Below are positions 13,935-29,196 of a stretch of DNA of 64,000 nt, one piece after another. Both the position numbers and the translations under genes were made by a program. Every line of letters starts with the position of its first letter. Position 1 is the first letter of the stretch. Where the stretch lies: NCBI RefSeq assembly GCF_009914755.1, contig NC_060929.1; one strand, given 5' to 3'. The notes beneath the pieces were generated by a model. It was not told the DNA's origin. It saw only the letters and a list, made by a program, of their open reading frames with translations, and searched no databases. Source of the stretch: the human T2T-CHM13v2.0 reference genome, Homo sapiens.

Positions 13935-14070
13935 CTCTCTCAACAAACATTAATTCAGTGTGTGTTCCCTGAGCACCCACTCTGGCTGGGCACTGGACGT
14001 AGAAGAGTGAGCAGACAGATGTGGTTGCTGCTCTCCGGGAACTTTAATACCTGGGATGATAGCAACTGAC
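13935..14070 (-). mobile_element. L2 fragment
   Basis: caacaaacattaatt...ctgagcacccactctggctgggcactgg, the L2 tail in reverse. Confidence 0.55.
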
Positions 14071-14849
14071 TGTGTGTTTTGATGGGGGTGAGTTGACCTG
14101 GAGTTGGGGGTGGCTGTGGGAACTGACCGTGGCTGGGCCCCAGTGTGAATACTGTTCTTGTGACCCTAGAAGTGAGTCTTTCAGGCTTGTGCTTCCCTGG
14201 TGGGGCTCCCAGACATGCAGAGAGGCTGCCTTTGGCTCAGTATTTCGGGGCAGAGGGCGGTCTGGTTGTGAATCATTCCCTAGAGAACCAGGCTCTTAAA
14301 GGGAAACCAAAATGAGTCCCTTGCATAGGCGGTTTTCAGACTGATGTGCAAACTCTTTTTACCAGTGCCACCTTCTGAAGAGTAGGAAGTTTCCCAGGCA
14401 GAGCTTGGGAAGCATTATTGAGCACCTACTGTGTGCCAGGCCCTTCCTTAGGCCCTTGGCTTCTCCTTACCTCATTCAGATCCAGAGATCTTTTGTTTAT
14501 GCCGTCATTATCTCTTGCACGGCCCTAATCCCCCATTTATCCAAGTCCTCCCGTTCTCAAGGCCTTAGAAGCCTCTACCATGAAGCCCTCATATCTGAGG
14601 CTCATATCTTGTCTGCCCCTGCACCCTATGGATTTTAAAAATTGTTCTCTCAAAGCATCATGTATTTTGTCTCCCTTGTCTGTGAACTCCTGTGTGTAGA
14701 AGCTGTGCCACTTCTCTGGCTGCTTCTTAGTGGCTATTGACGAGTGTACGCCATAGTATTTATTAATAGTAAGCATGCCTTGAGGTTCTGCAGCCACTTC
14801 CCCTCTACCAATAAACTTTGTATTTTGGTGTGACTGAAAAGTTTCCTAC

Positions 14850-16480
<1,631 letters not shown>

Positions 16481-17039
16481 ACTTAATAGATGGTGTCGGA
16501 CTGACCATTCATAGGGGAGGAAAAATACAAAACAAAACATCCTTTTCCCACTGACTACGCCTGTGTCCTATATGGAGTTATTCTACCCTTCTGATCTATT
16601 GGGTTCCCAGGCCTTGCTTTCAAAACTTTGGGGTGGGAGGCAGCACCCACTGTCCCAACAGTGTCCCAGGCAACAACACGGGCACTGGCTCCCTGCTGAG
16701 GCAAATCTCTTTTTGCTTGATATTTAACTGTCAGAGGGAAAAGGGGAGGGTTTGGATTACACATTTTCAAAGTCAGATCTATTCAAAGTTCTCATAGCAG
16801 AAAATGCCCCTTCTTTTAGCTTGAAAAATAAAAACAACCCAAATTTTGAATTATGACAACCCCAACTGGTGCACGAAATCGCTGACTACTTCTGTGCTGG
16901 TGACCACAGAGCCCAGTGTAAGAGGTCCTGGTCACCGGCACCCTCGTCCTCAGGAGGCTCGGGGGTGGTGTCGCCTGGCTTTCTTTTCAGAGTCTACTCT
17001 CGGGCTGAGATTTTCCTTAGGCCAAGTTTCAGCCTGGAG

Positions 17040-17200
17040 CAAATTTTTTATGGCTGTGAGCTAATCCCCTAGCAAGCTCCGGTTTATACAGAAACGCTGA
17101 CACAGTGCGAGCTCTGGTGATTCAACTGGGGCGGCTGGGCTATTTATGGCTCCCTGATGCCAATAGGGGATAATTCTTATTTAATAGATTCAGTTTCTGT
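17040..17200. promoter_or_regulatory. Candidate promoter/enhancer motif cluster
   Basis: TTTATGGC twice (about 17047 and 17143), TAATCC (17062), GGGGCGG (17128-17134), CCAAT (17160-17164), TATTTAATA (17178-17186). Confidence 0.35.
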
Positions 17201-17622
17201 TGGGGCAGGGATCCCACTTTTTCCCCCCACCCAGTGGGGCAGTGGAACATCTTCCCCAAGAGCCAAGCGAGGGGGAGGCTGCCTGTGGGGAGGGCCTGCC
17301 TTGGAAGCAGCCGAGCTGCAGTAAGTTATGACCAAGGTGGGCTTTTCAGCCTGGGATTGCTGGAGCCTTAGGAACAAATAAATATTTTCATCTCCTATTT
17401 TGTCTCTGGGCAATGGGCCCAAAAACTGCCTTGATTCTTCTCAGTGAAACCTGGGAGAAAGCTGAGGATGACTTAATTCCCTCTTCCCTCTTCCCCTTTC
17501 TGCACTTATTTCTTTGTATTGAGGACCTGGAGCAGGGGTCTGGAGCAGCCACTGTTTCTGGGCATGGCCAGGCAGGATTGGACTCCATGGCCTCTGGGAG
17601 GCGGGCATGAGCATGGCAGATG

Positions 17623-17683
17623 TCCCCCTCGCCAAGAGCTCCCCCTCGCCAAGAGCTCCCCCTCGCCAAGATCTCCTCTTGCC
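17623..17683. repeat. 17-bp tandem repeat, about 3.5 copies
   Basis: tccccctcgccaagagc twice exactly, a third copy with one change, then a partial degenerate fourth. Confidence 0.92.
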
Positions 17684-17910
17684 TATGTTCATGTGGTCAG
17701 CCTATCGACAGGGGGCTAAAGGGGCCACAGATGGCTTTGGGGGCTGGCAGGAGGTAGGCAGCTTTTGGCTTGGGCTTCATTTCCACTGTCAGCCTTCCCT
17801 TATGCAGCCTTCCCTTGGAAGAGCTAAGCACCTTATTTCTATTAGTCTCCACTTTTTTCTCTACCTGAGGGGAGGCAGAGGAGCCAGACTTTAAAAAAAA
17901 AAAAATTGTC

Positions 17911-18390
<480 letters not shown>

Positions 18391-18659
18391 GGGGCAGATT
18401 TTTGTCACTAAAGGATGAGGGGCTTTGGAACCTGAACTCTGATGGGTCTGGGCATGTGGTGGGGAATTGGGAGTGGATGCTATGGATATCATGTGGCTGA
18501 GGTCCTTTCTTCATTCATTCTTTCCTGATGCACTCCAGAAAGGAAAGTTCTCTCTGCTACCAAGGGCCCTATAAAGATGGCTCTCAGGGGTCCTGAGAAG
18601 CAGCCATCCCTATACAGGAGCACACCTTCTGCACCATGTAAAGCCTTTCCCAGTGACAT

Positions 18660-18815
18660 TTGGAGGACCAGATAGGAAAATTTCATTAGCACCATTTGGC
18701 AGGTGAAAACACTGAGGTCTATGAGGGTAAGTGACTTGCCCAGTTACCAAGTTGCAGAGCTGGAACTTGAACCAAGGCCGCTTTGGCTCCAGAGTCCATG
18801 CCGTTAACCACTTCT
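18660..18815 (-). mobile_element. MIR SINE
   Basis: caggtgaaaacactgagg...gtaagtgacttgcccag...ctccagagtccatgccgttaacca. Confidence 0.75.
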
Positions 18816-19829
18816 GTGCATTTATTGAGCAACTCTGGGGCTCTCAGAGTGATTCCCAGACCAGCAGGGCCATCCCAGGAGTACCAAGCATCACTCCTAA
18901 CTTGACAAGGCATCTGGATCGACCCCACCTAATGCGGGGCCTTTGAAGTCAGTGATGTCAAAAGTGGGGCAGCTTTGTCTTTTACCAGCTTTTATGGGGC
19001 CTGTCGGGGAATGGAAGCACTTAGGGATGGCAGGCAGATAAAGGATGGGCTGGCCTGCCTTGATAAGGTGGCCCAAGGTGGGGGTGGGCCAGGAGGACAC
19101 TGAAGCCGCCAGGGCTGTGGTTTCTGCATGGGAGTAAGTGTGATTTCTGGCAGAGCCGGAGAAGCTGTGAAGACAGGCTGGCGGCCGTGGGATTTAGTGG
19201 TTTAGCTTTGTTGAAATCCCCAACTTCAAGGACTTCCCCTGGTGACTGTTTTTGTCAGGCCAATTAAGAGCGAGCTTAGCCGAGCTCTGGGAAGGGAGGA
19301 GGGAGAGAAAGGGTGGGCGAGGGATGCCCAGCGCGGCTGGGAGATGGCAGGAAGGAGCTGTTATTGCTCCCAGTGGACGAGGGCCCACAAGTGAACGACA
19401 AGACAGGTGGTGCGGAGGATCTGGCGTGAGGACTGTGCCACCTCCTCACAGCTTTTCTCTCTGGGCTCTCCCTCTTCTCAGGGGTCCTGCCAGGCTTGAG
19501 AATTCACCTGGGGATGGGAGCATGGTGGGGCTGGAGCTGCAGGGAGCCACGGCAGGCCTTGGACATTGGTCATCTGGCCTCTCCAGCAGGGCTTGGCTGT
19601 AGACTAGAACTTGTCTTGTCAGGGATCCCGGGCTTGCAATGAAGAAAGGGGGCTGGGCCTGCATGGGAGTGGCGGGGAGGCCGAGGGCCACTCCCCAGGG
19701 AAAGGGCTCCTCAGGGCTTTCGGCACTCTGAGGGCTCCATAATGCAGGTCCCTGTGGTGATACGAGACCAGTGCCTGACTACAGCGTAGGTTCCGGAAAA
19801 GTAAGGGGTCTTAACAACTAATCTAATCC

Positions 19830-19990
19830 TCCCCAAGCCCTTGTGGTGTGAGGTGGATACACTTACTGTCCCTGTGTTACAGCTGAGGAAACCTAGGCTC
19901 AGAGAGGTTGAATAACTTGTCCAATGGCATATGGATAGTAAGCGTATTTAAACCCATGTCTGACTCCAGAGCCAGGCTCTTCAGCACAGG
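19830..19990 (-). mobile_element. MIR SINE
   Basis: acagctgaggaaacctaggctcagagaggttgaataacttgtcc...tctgactccagagcc. Confidence 0.8.
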
Positions 19991-20446
19991 TCACAGAAGT
20001 GGCAGGAATGCCTGCCTAAAGGAGCCGGGCCTGAGAGAGGGGGCCCAGCTCACTGCGGCCTCACTGCAGTTCCCTCAGGGTCAGGGGCTGTCTCGGCCAG
20101 ACAGGAGAGGAAAGGGCACACCCGGTGGCACCTACACCCACTAAGCCATTTGAGGGGACAGGTCTCTTCTAGGCTAGGGAGGCTGCCCTTGAGGGCCCTA
20201 CTGCCAGGCACATGGTGCTGGGGACAGAAGACAGGAAGCCTGGGCAGGCAAGCCCTCATAGAGAGTCCGTACTTGCACCCCAAGGAGCTTAATAAGACTA
20301 GGCTGGTCCTGCTGCGGCTAACAGAACCAGGAGCAAAGTCATGCCCAGCTGAGGGACCCCAAGGGCCATGGGTGGGAACTGGGACCCTTGTCCAGCGGGG
20401 AGGGCTGGAGCTGAGTCTGGAAGGATGAACAGGATGTGAGAGGTTT

Positions 20447-20658
20447 GCCCTCAGGAGAGGAGAGCATTGCTGCTGGGCCCTCAGGAGAGGAGAGCATTGC
20501 TGCTGGGCCCTCAGGAGAGGAGAGCATTGCTGCTGGGCCCTCAGGAGAGGAGAGCATTGCTGCTGGGCCCTCAGGAGAGGAGAGCATTGCTGCTGGGCCC
20601 TCAGGAGAGGAGAGCATTGCTGCTGGGCCCTCAGGAGAGGAGAGCATTGCTGCTGGGC
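20447..20658. repeat. Perfect 30-bp VNTR, 7 copies
   Basis: gccctcaggagaggagagcattgctgctgg x7 with no mismatches and no spacers. Confidence 0.99.
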
Positions 20659-20669
20659 AGAAAAGCCCA

Positions 20670-20835
20670 GTGGTGTGTTTGGGTTAAAGTCCTGGTTCTG
20701 CCCTATGTTACCCTGAGCAACTTGCTTAACCTCTCTGTGCCTTTCCTCACCTATAAGGACAATAATAGTGCATGTTGCATATGGTTGTTTTGAAGAGCAG
20801 ATGAGTTAATGCAGGTAGAAAGCTGGGTCTGTACT
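20670..20835 (+). mobile_element. MIR SINE
   Basis: accctgagcaacttgcttaacctctctgtgcctttcctcacctataa. Confidence 0.75.
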
Positions 20836-21144
20836 CAGTGAACTAGGAGGTAACTGTGTGCTCGCTTTGGACTGCTGTTATTCTCAGCTGAGAAACATGA
20901 ATGGCCACAATCTTGGGGGCATGGGAGGGGAAAGGGGACCAGTGACTTGAATTGTGAGTTGGGAGAGCCACCCTCATCCTCCTGACCTGTTTCCCTGGAC
21001 CTCCAGCCCTTTTACCTGGGGTTTCCCCAGGGAGACACGTCAAGTGTTGTCCAATAAAATATTTCCTGGAGTTGGTGGTGTTCCTCCACCTGGACTGAAA
21101 GCTGAAGCTTGGCAGAGCCATCTTTCAAAAACGGTGGAGGGCTC

Positions 21145-21370
21145 ACTGCATTCAACAAACATTGTTTGATTTTTCCCTTTCTGTGCAAGACACTGGGCTA
21201 CGCTTTGGGGAGAAACAGCTGACCGGCTGAGTCTTTGCCCTCAAGGAGCTTGTGGTCAAGTGAGAAGTCAGGTAAATTCACTCATTCACGCTGTCACTCC
21301 GCCACCATTTGCTGCATGCTTACTTTGTGTCAGAGACCTTCCTAGAAACTGAGAACACAGCAGAGGACAG
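21145..21370 (-). mobile_element. L2 3' fragments
   Basis: cattcaacaaacatt...tgccctcaaggagcttgtggtc, followed by a second ttcactcattca tail. Confidence 0.6.
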
Positions 21371-21509
21371 GACAGTTGGCTCCCGCCCTCAGATCCCACA
21401 TGCTGGACTGGTGGTTTGCATCTCCAAGGTGGCATCAAGCTGCACCAGGTTTGGAGTGACCAACCTGACCTTCAGTCCCTACTTCCTGCCAAACATTGGG
21501 AAGCAGACA

Positions 21510-21780
21510 GTAGACAGTGTGGGAGTGGTTAATAGCTGGGTCTCTAGAATGGGACAAACCTGGTTTTGTGTCCTTGCTCTGCTGTTTACTGGCTGTGGGA
21601 CCTTAGGCAAGTTACTTTACCTCTCTAGACCTGTTCTTTGTCTATGAAATGGGGGTAATGATACCTTCCTTATGGGGTTATGGTAAAGAGTAAATGAGAT
21701 GATGTATGAAAAACATTTAGAACAGAGCTCAGCACACTAGTAGCACCTATTAAATGTGCACCTGTTAGCACTGCTGTTGT
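21510..21780 (+). mobile_element. MIR SINE, near full length
   Basis: actggctgtgggaccttaggcaagttactttacctctct...aaatgagatgatgtatgaaaaacatttagaacag. Confidence 0.85.
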
Positions 21781-21871
21781 GGTTACTACTCTCTTGCTTT
21801 TAGGTGCTTCCATGAGACGGGGAGGACTCTCCCGTTTCTTATAGGACTTAATATTTAAGAAAGCATTTAAT

Positions 21872-22177
<306 letters not shown>

Positions 22178-22199
22178 TCAGGCACGTAATTCTTCAAAG

Positions 22200-23060
22200 T
22201 TGACTAATTTCCTGAGTTTATATGTAACCTTTAAAAATCAGAAAAAAAAGGATAACTCAATGGAAAGTTGGGTAAAGACTTGAGCAGGAAGTTCACAGAA
22301 AAAGAAGTATTTATAATCAAGCGAAAAGCTTATAAGCAAATGAAAAGAAACTTACATTTTTAAAAATGCCTATTAACACAGCAAGATAGCATTTAACTAG
22401 CAGGCTGATGAAAATTTAAAATTTGGTAATGCATTTTGTTGGAAAGGATGTGGGGAAACAGGCATGGTCAGTCAGGGCAGGGAGTGTAAATTGGTATAAG
22501 ACTTTTGGAGGAAAGTTGGGCAATTTCTATGAAAAATGTACCATCCTTTTGATTTAGCAATTTTATATGTAGGAATTCATCTTATGGATATAGTCGTGTT
22601 CATAAATGAGTGCAGTGATATCAATTTAAGAACATCCATCATGTCACTGTTTATTACAGCAAAAAAAAAAAGAACTGTAAATGTCCACAGAGAGAGGACT
22701 GATTAAACCAAGTACATCTATGCAATGGAATATCCTGAAGCTGTTAGAACATGAAGGGCCTATAGTGTATTGAAGATCTTAACATATCATCAAGACATGT
22801 CAAGTACAGAAACAGAAAGGTACAGAGCATTATGTAGAGAATGTAGAGAATACTCCCATTGGTATTAAATGAAAGGTATATGTTCATACATATGTTTATA
22901 TGTCTAGATTATACCCTCTTTGAATGCATAAGAAACTATTCACAGTGATTACCTTTAGACAGAGGTCTTGGGAGCCTGGCAGGGAGAGAGCCTTCTTATT
23001 CTACTTATGCATAGTGTCAGAATTTCTTATTATATGCCTGAATTACTTTTATAATTATAA
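22200..23060 (+). mobile_element. Old L1 (L1ME-like) 3' region
   Basis: gttggaaaggatgtggggaaacagg...gtgtaaattggtataagacttttgga; L1 3' sense motifs. Confidence 0.7.
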
Positions 23061-24639
23061 AGGAAGAAGTCAAACCATGTGAACTACACATTAGTAGTTA
23101 AGAAATAAAATGCTGTTCCAAGTTTTGTGGGTGTGCTTGGACTGATAATGTTTTTCCTCTAAGATCCTACTAAGAACTATTTAAGAAATGGCTTTCAGGC
23201 ATAGTCACCTATTTAGAAGGTTCAAGCATAAAATGGGGTCTTGCGGTGCTTGGACCAGTGTGAAACAGAAGGGGTTGGGTCTGAACTTGCCAGTGTCCAG
23301 GGAATCCTGTTCTTCCCAGGCCTTGAAGAATAGGCAGTGGGTTGTATGTTCTCAAGTCCCCCTGTTGAATTAGGATACACAGCTGCTGGGGTGAGGGCTG
23401 AGATCTGTCTGCGTCCTCAGAACCAACCCCACCCCTGTGCTGGTAAGCAGGTGTTCTCCAGGGGAGAGACCCTGGGGTCAGTCTGACTAAAATGAATCTT
23501 CCAAATGGGTGTGCAAATCTGCATTTCCTGTGAGGGCCATCCAGACAGTTTTCAAGTGTACGGAATTTGAGGAACAATGTATGCTTTCTGTGCTTGAATC
23601 TTTGGGAGCTAGCGGAGGCCTCTGTCGGGAGTGCAGTCAGACAGGTGGGAGCCTCTGGAAGAAGCCGCCTGTGCAGCTGGCCTGTGGCTTCTCATCAGGC
23701 ACAGCAGCCATGCCTTTTTTGCTCTCATTCCCCACCCTGCTTCCCTTCCTCCTCCTCCTTTTTTTCTCTTAAAGTTTTTTTTTTAAATTAGTTTTTGTTT
23801 TACATTTAATTTCAAAATAAATGTTACCTTTGCACATAGTTTAGAGGGTAGAATAACTCTAGCATGCTTGTTGCAAACACACACGTGCAAGCACACAAAG
23901 TCCTGGACTTCTCCATCACCCCTCCACAACAATTTTCTACTATCTAGAGGCATCTACTTTTAGTAATTTAGCTAATTTTTAAAATATGTATCTCTAAATG
24001 TCATATTTATATTTCTGCTACTTGAATTTTCCATTTTCAGCATTGTGTATTGACTCCTCACTGGAGAAGAAGAAGAGTTAGCTGTTTTCCCCACTGCCTG
24101 TCGACACCCCTGCTTCCCATCTGCCATCTTTCCAAACAGTTATAGTGTAATTTTATTAGATCAATATTCAGTGATTATACTACTTTGACCCTGAAAACGC
24201 TGTTCACAGCTGAGCTGTGATGACTTGTACTTTCCTGATCCACATTTATTCCCTGGAGTTAATCTTTTTCCCCCTCTGCTTAGTTTTTTATGTATATGTC
24301 ACCAATCCAACACCAAATTCTCCCCAAGTTGAATACAATTTGTCTCAAAATTATATCCACAATTCTGGTTCTACCAATTTCATCTTTTTGAGGACATCTC
24401 TCCTGGAACCTTTGGAGCTAGACTGGGTGCTTCCTAGGTCTGCTCTTCAGCTGTTGTTTGAGGACTACTCTTCATGAATATCTTGGCGATTCCTCAGGTT
24501 TCCTTTCCTACTAATCTTGTTTCCTGGGTTCCATGTTCTCTTCTTTCTTGAGTTGCTTCATCATTTTGATGAAGCACATTTTTTTTTTCATTAACTTACA
24601 AAGAGGTAAGCAATTTTTTTTGAGACCTTGCATGTCTGA

Positions 24640-24972
<333 letters not shown>

Positions 24973-25991
24973 TGTATCCTCATTCTTTTTTTTTTTTTTA
25001 TTATTTAAGTTCTCATTGTTAATTGATGGTTTGGCTGGGTATAGAATTCTAGGTTGGAGATACTTTTCTCTCAGAACATTGGTGGACTTGTGCCATTGTC
25101 TTCAAGCTTCCAGGATTGCTAAGAAGGCTATTGTGTGAAAACTGTTTGTTTCTCTCTTACTATTGGAGTTTTTCTTTGTCCTCGTTATTTTGAAATTTCA
25201 GAAGGTTCCTTGATTTGGATCTATTTTTGCTCATTGTGTGAGGCATTTAGTAGGTCTTTTCAATCTGGAAACTCACATCCTTCAATTTTGGTTATTACTT
25301 GTGAAAATTATTTCCTTGATGATTTTCTCTCTCATTTTTCTCTTATGTTCCACCCTCCTCCCTGACCCTGAACTCCTAGTATTTGAATATGAGATCTATT
25401 GAATTTTTCTCCCATATTCTTATTTTTCTCTTATTTTTCATCTTTTTGCCTTCTCTGTTTTCTAAGCCACTTCTTTAAATCTTTGAGATTTTTATTGCAT
25501 TTATTTCTACCATCATTTAAAAACATTTCTAAGAATTCTTTTCTGTTTTCTAAATGTTCCTTTTTAAAATAGCATCTTGTTTCATAGATGTAATATTCTC
25601 TAATATTAATAATTTTATCAAAGTTTTCTTCTCCTTACCTATTTGTTTTGTACACTATATTTTCTACTAGGTAGTTTCCTCAAATGCCTAGTGATTCTTG
25701 GTTGTTGCTCATATTTAAGAGTGAAGGTAACTACAAAGCTGACCTGAAAGCTCCAGGTACTTGGGTGGGGCTGTTTGAATCATAAACTTCATGTAGTGTC
25801 ATCTACCTGGGCTGTTTTCGTAGAAAATCCTCTATGTTGGTCTATGTTGGTATCTTTTTGGTCTTTTTTCTGAAACTAATCAGATTGCTTGGAGAAATCT
25901 TCTCCGGTCTTCTGCCTGGAGGATATATATCTGACTACCAGCATTCTGGGAGCTTAGCAGGCGAAGGCTCATCATCTCCTTATTCAATATG

Positions 25992-26390
25992 CATATTAGT
26001 CCTTTGGGGCTGCCATAACAAAATATGACAGACTGTGTGGCTTAAACAACAGAAATTTATTTTCTCACAGTTTTGGAGGCTGGAAGTCCAAGATCAAGGG
26101 GTCAGCAGAGTTGGTTTCTGGTGAGGCCTCTCTTCCTGGCTTGTAGACAGCAGCCTTCTCACTATGTCCTCCATGGCTTTTCCTCTGTGCCTGTCCACAG
26201 AGAGAGAAAGCTTGCACTCTTGTGTCTCTTCCTCTCCTATAAGTAGACTAGTCCTATCAGGGCCCAATCTTTATGACCTCATTTAACCTTAATTACCTCC
26301 TTAAAGGCCCTATCTTTAAATATGGTCAAACTGGAGATTAGGGCTTCAACATATGGATATTGGTGGGGGGACACTATTCAGTCCATAACA
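25992..26390 (-). mobile_element. MLT1B-like MaLR solo LTR
   Basis: tattagtc...ggctgccataacaaa...ggaggctggaagtccaagatcaagg...ggggacactattcagtccataaca. Confidence 0.88.
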
Positions 26391-27679
26391 GCATGTGAAA
26401 CTTCACTTAATCTTTCTGTTTTCATTCTGATACATCCACCTTTAACAGTGCTTGGTGATCTTAATACTATTTCATCCTTTCCAGAAAATAATCTTATGGT
26501 CTTCTGCAGGAGTGGTGAAGAGGCTGTCATCTGGCTAGACGGAATGACGATAGGTATCTGAAGGTTTGGCAGATTCCTAAACCGATTGTAAACCAATCCT
26601 CCTCTTTTTAGATGCACATTGGTCTTCACTTCCAGAGATAATGTTGTGGCCATTTCCTGACTAGTTGATTTTTGACTTTTATTACTGTTGATTTAGGAAT
26701 AAATTGTTTAGATCAGCTAAATTGGTTACCACTTGTCCAGCTTCCAAAATGTTCTTCTTGTTGTATTCTTTCCTGTTCTCATTGTCCATGGGGATTATAC
26801 CATAACAAAATTCTTTTGACTGTTAATTAAGTGGTGTTTCTCGAGGGAGTACAGGTAAATGTATGTTTAATTCCCCATCTTTGACTGGAAGCTATATGTC
26901 ATCTTCTGTTGAAAGCAAATAGAAGCCCGTCGGACAAGTTAGCTTTGATTCCAAGTCCATTTCTCCCTCAACTCTGGTGTTTTCACAAAATGTCTCTATC
27001 TTATTCAAATATGTTTGATTTTGCTGCATGATGCATTGACTGGCTTTTGAAGATGAGTGGTCTGATACCACTTGACCAAAAAATAGGGAGCCCACTCTGA
27101 GCTTATCACATGGATGCAAACGTCTTAATAAACTCAGAAAATGGTTTGTGTTTTCAGTTGAACAAAGCCTCCATATTTTCCTGAGTGCCATTTCCCTACA
27201 CTTTAAAAGTTGATATATTTCCAGGGGAATCTAATCCATATGTTTCTTTCTTTCTTTTTGCTTTTAATACATCATAATATTGCTTCATAAAGCATTATTT
27301 AAGTCAATAGTCTTTATTAGCTTTTTTTAAAGCAAGGCTTTTACCTTAGCTTTTATTTAGAACCACATTTTTTGAAAACTTTGCAACCACAAAGTTGAGC
27401 TGAGCCCACAAAGATCTGAGTTACATTTGAAATTTTGAGTTTTGTTGGGTTCTAATTAGGGCAAAGCCATGCTCTCTAAAACCACATTCTCAGCTGAGCA
27501 AATCTGCACCCAGAATCCACTCCGCGAAGTATCTTATTTTGTGATATTTTTGGCCAATAACCAAAGCAGATATTTATTTAGGACCCGCAGCACACCTATC
27601 ATTGTGGCTCACTATGTGGTCTGGAAGACAAGAATAGAAGCACCAACCTAGTTTGGGAGACTGGGGAAGAAGGGAAGGG

Positions 27680-27925
27680 TGTATCCCTTCTTCACTACAC
27701 ACTGTGTGCCAGATAGTGGACTAGCCACTTTGCCATTATTGATTTAAACCTAAGAATAAGCATTATTTTATCTACGTCGAATCCTTGTAATAAGTCCTCA
27801 GGATAAATGTTAAGTATTATCCCCATTTACATAAAAATAGTACTGAGGCTCTGGAAAGTTACTAAACTTGCCCAAGATTGTGCACTAATAAGGGATAGAG
27901 TCTGGTTTGGAACACAGGCAGGATC
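27680..27925 (-). mobile_element. MIR / L2-MIR fragment
   Basis: tattatccccatttac...actgaggctctggaaagttactaaacttgcccaag. Confidence 0.7.
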
Positions 27926-28837
27926 CCAATATATATAAACAGAATCCTGAGAAGAGGAAAATGATCAGGTACTTGGCATGGATGGCTGTCGATAGTGTTT
28001 GTAGAATTAGTGCAATGGGTCCCATGGTGCAATACTGTAAAGGGGAGAGAGGAGATTTATGAGGGCTCTCATCCCAAGAGAAGATGCTCTAGAGAAGACT
28101 ATCATTCCAAATCTGTCTCATTCCCCACTGCTGCCACTGCGTCCAAGTCGCTGCCGTCTCTGCCCTGGGTAACTGCTGCAGCCTGCTGACTGCTCTCTGC
28201 CCATACTCCCTCTAGCCTGACTGTCTATTCTCATGCAGCAGCCAGCATGATCACTTTTTTAAAAAATCTGAAGCAAAATTTACCTACAGGGAAATGCATA
28301 TAGCTTAAATATGTAACCTGATGAATTTTGACAAATATACACACCTTTGACCAACACCAGAGCCAAGACATAGAACACTTTCATTACCACTGAAAGTCCC
28401 TTGTGTCCCTTCCAGTCAGTCCCACCTACTTCTAATAGGCAACTATTCTTATTTCTAGCACTATAGGTTAGCTTAGTCTATTCTTGAGTTTTATGTAAGT
28501 GAAGTCACACAGTATGTACTCTATGTACTCATTTGTGTCTGGTTTCTTCATTCAGCATCATATTTTGAGATGCATCCATACTGTCACATGCATCAGTATT
28601 TCATTATTTAAGTTGTTGAACAGTATTTTCATTGTATAAAAATACCTGTTTGTTTACTGATTTTCTTTTTGAAGGAGGTTAGGTTGTTAACAGTCTGAGG
28701 CTATTATGAGTGAAGCTGATACAAACATTCTTGAACAAGATTTAAAAAAATTCAACTTTCATATTAGATATGGGGGTACATGTGCAGGTTTGTTATATAG
28801 GTATATTGTGTGATGCTAAGTTTTGGGGCATGGATCC

Positions 28838-29196
28838 TAATATGGTATGGCTGTGTTCCCACCCAAATCTCATCTTGAACTGTAGCTCCCACAATTCCCC
28901 TGTGTTGTGGGAGGGACCTGGTGGGAGGTAACTGACTCATGGGGGCAGGTCTTTCTAGTGTTATTCTCATTATAGTGAATAAGTCTGATGAGATCTGATG
29001 GTTTTATAAAGGGGCATTTGCCTGCACAAGTTATCTTCTCTTGTCTGCTGCCTTGTGAGATGTGCCTTTCACCTTCTGCCATGATTGTGAGGCCTCCCCA
29101 GCCACGTGGAACAGTGAGTCCGTTAAACCTTTTTCTTTTGTAAATTGCCCAGTCTTGGGTATGTCTTTATTAGCAGCATGAACACGGACTAATACA
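28838..29196 (+). mobile_element. THE1 (B/C-like) solo LTR
   Basis: taatatggtatggctgtgttcccacccaaatctcatcttgaa...ggactaataca. 5-bp TSD gatcc at 28833-28837 and 29197-29201. Confidence 0.95.

Noticed and set aside
20339-20793. Repetitive ORFs (GPSGEESIAA / LLGPQERRAL / MLSSPEGPAA) and a CRISPR-like appearance
   Set aside because: All arise from the 30-bp VNTR. The units are head-to-tail with no spacers, there are no cas genes and the genome is eukaryotic.
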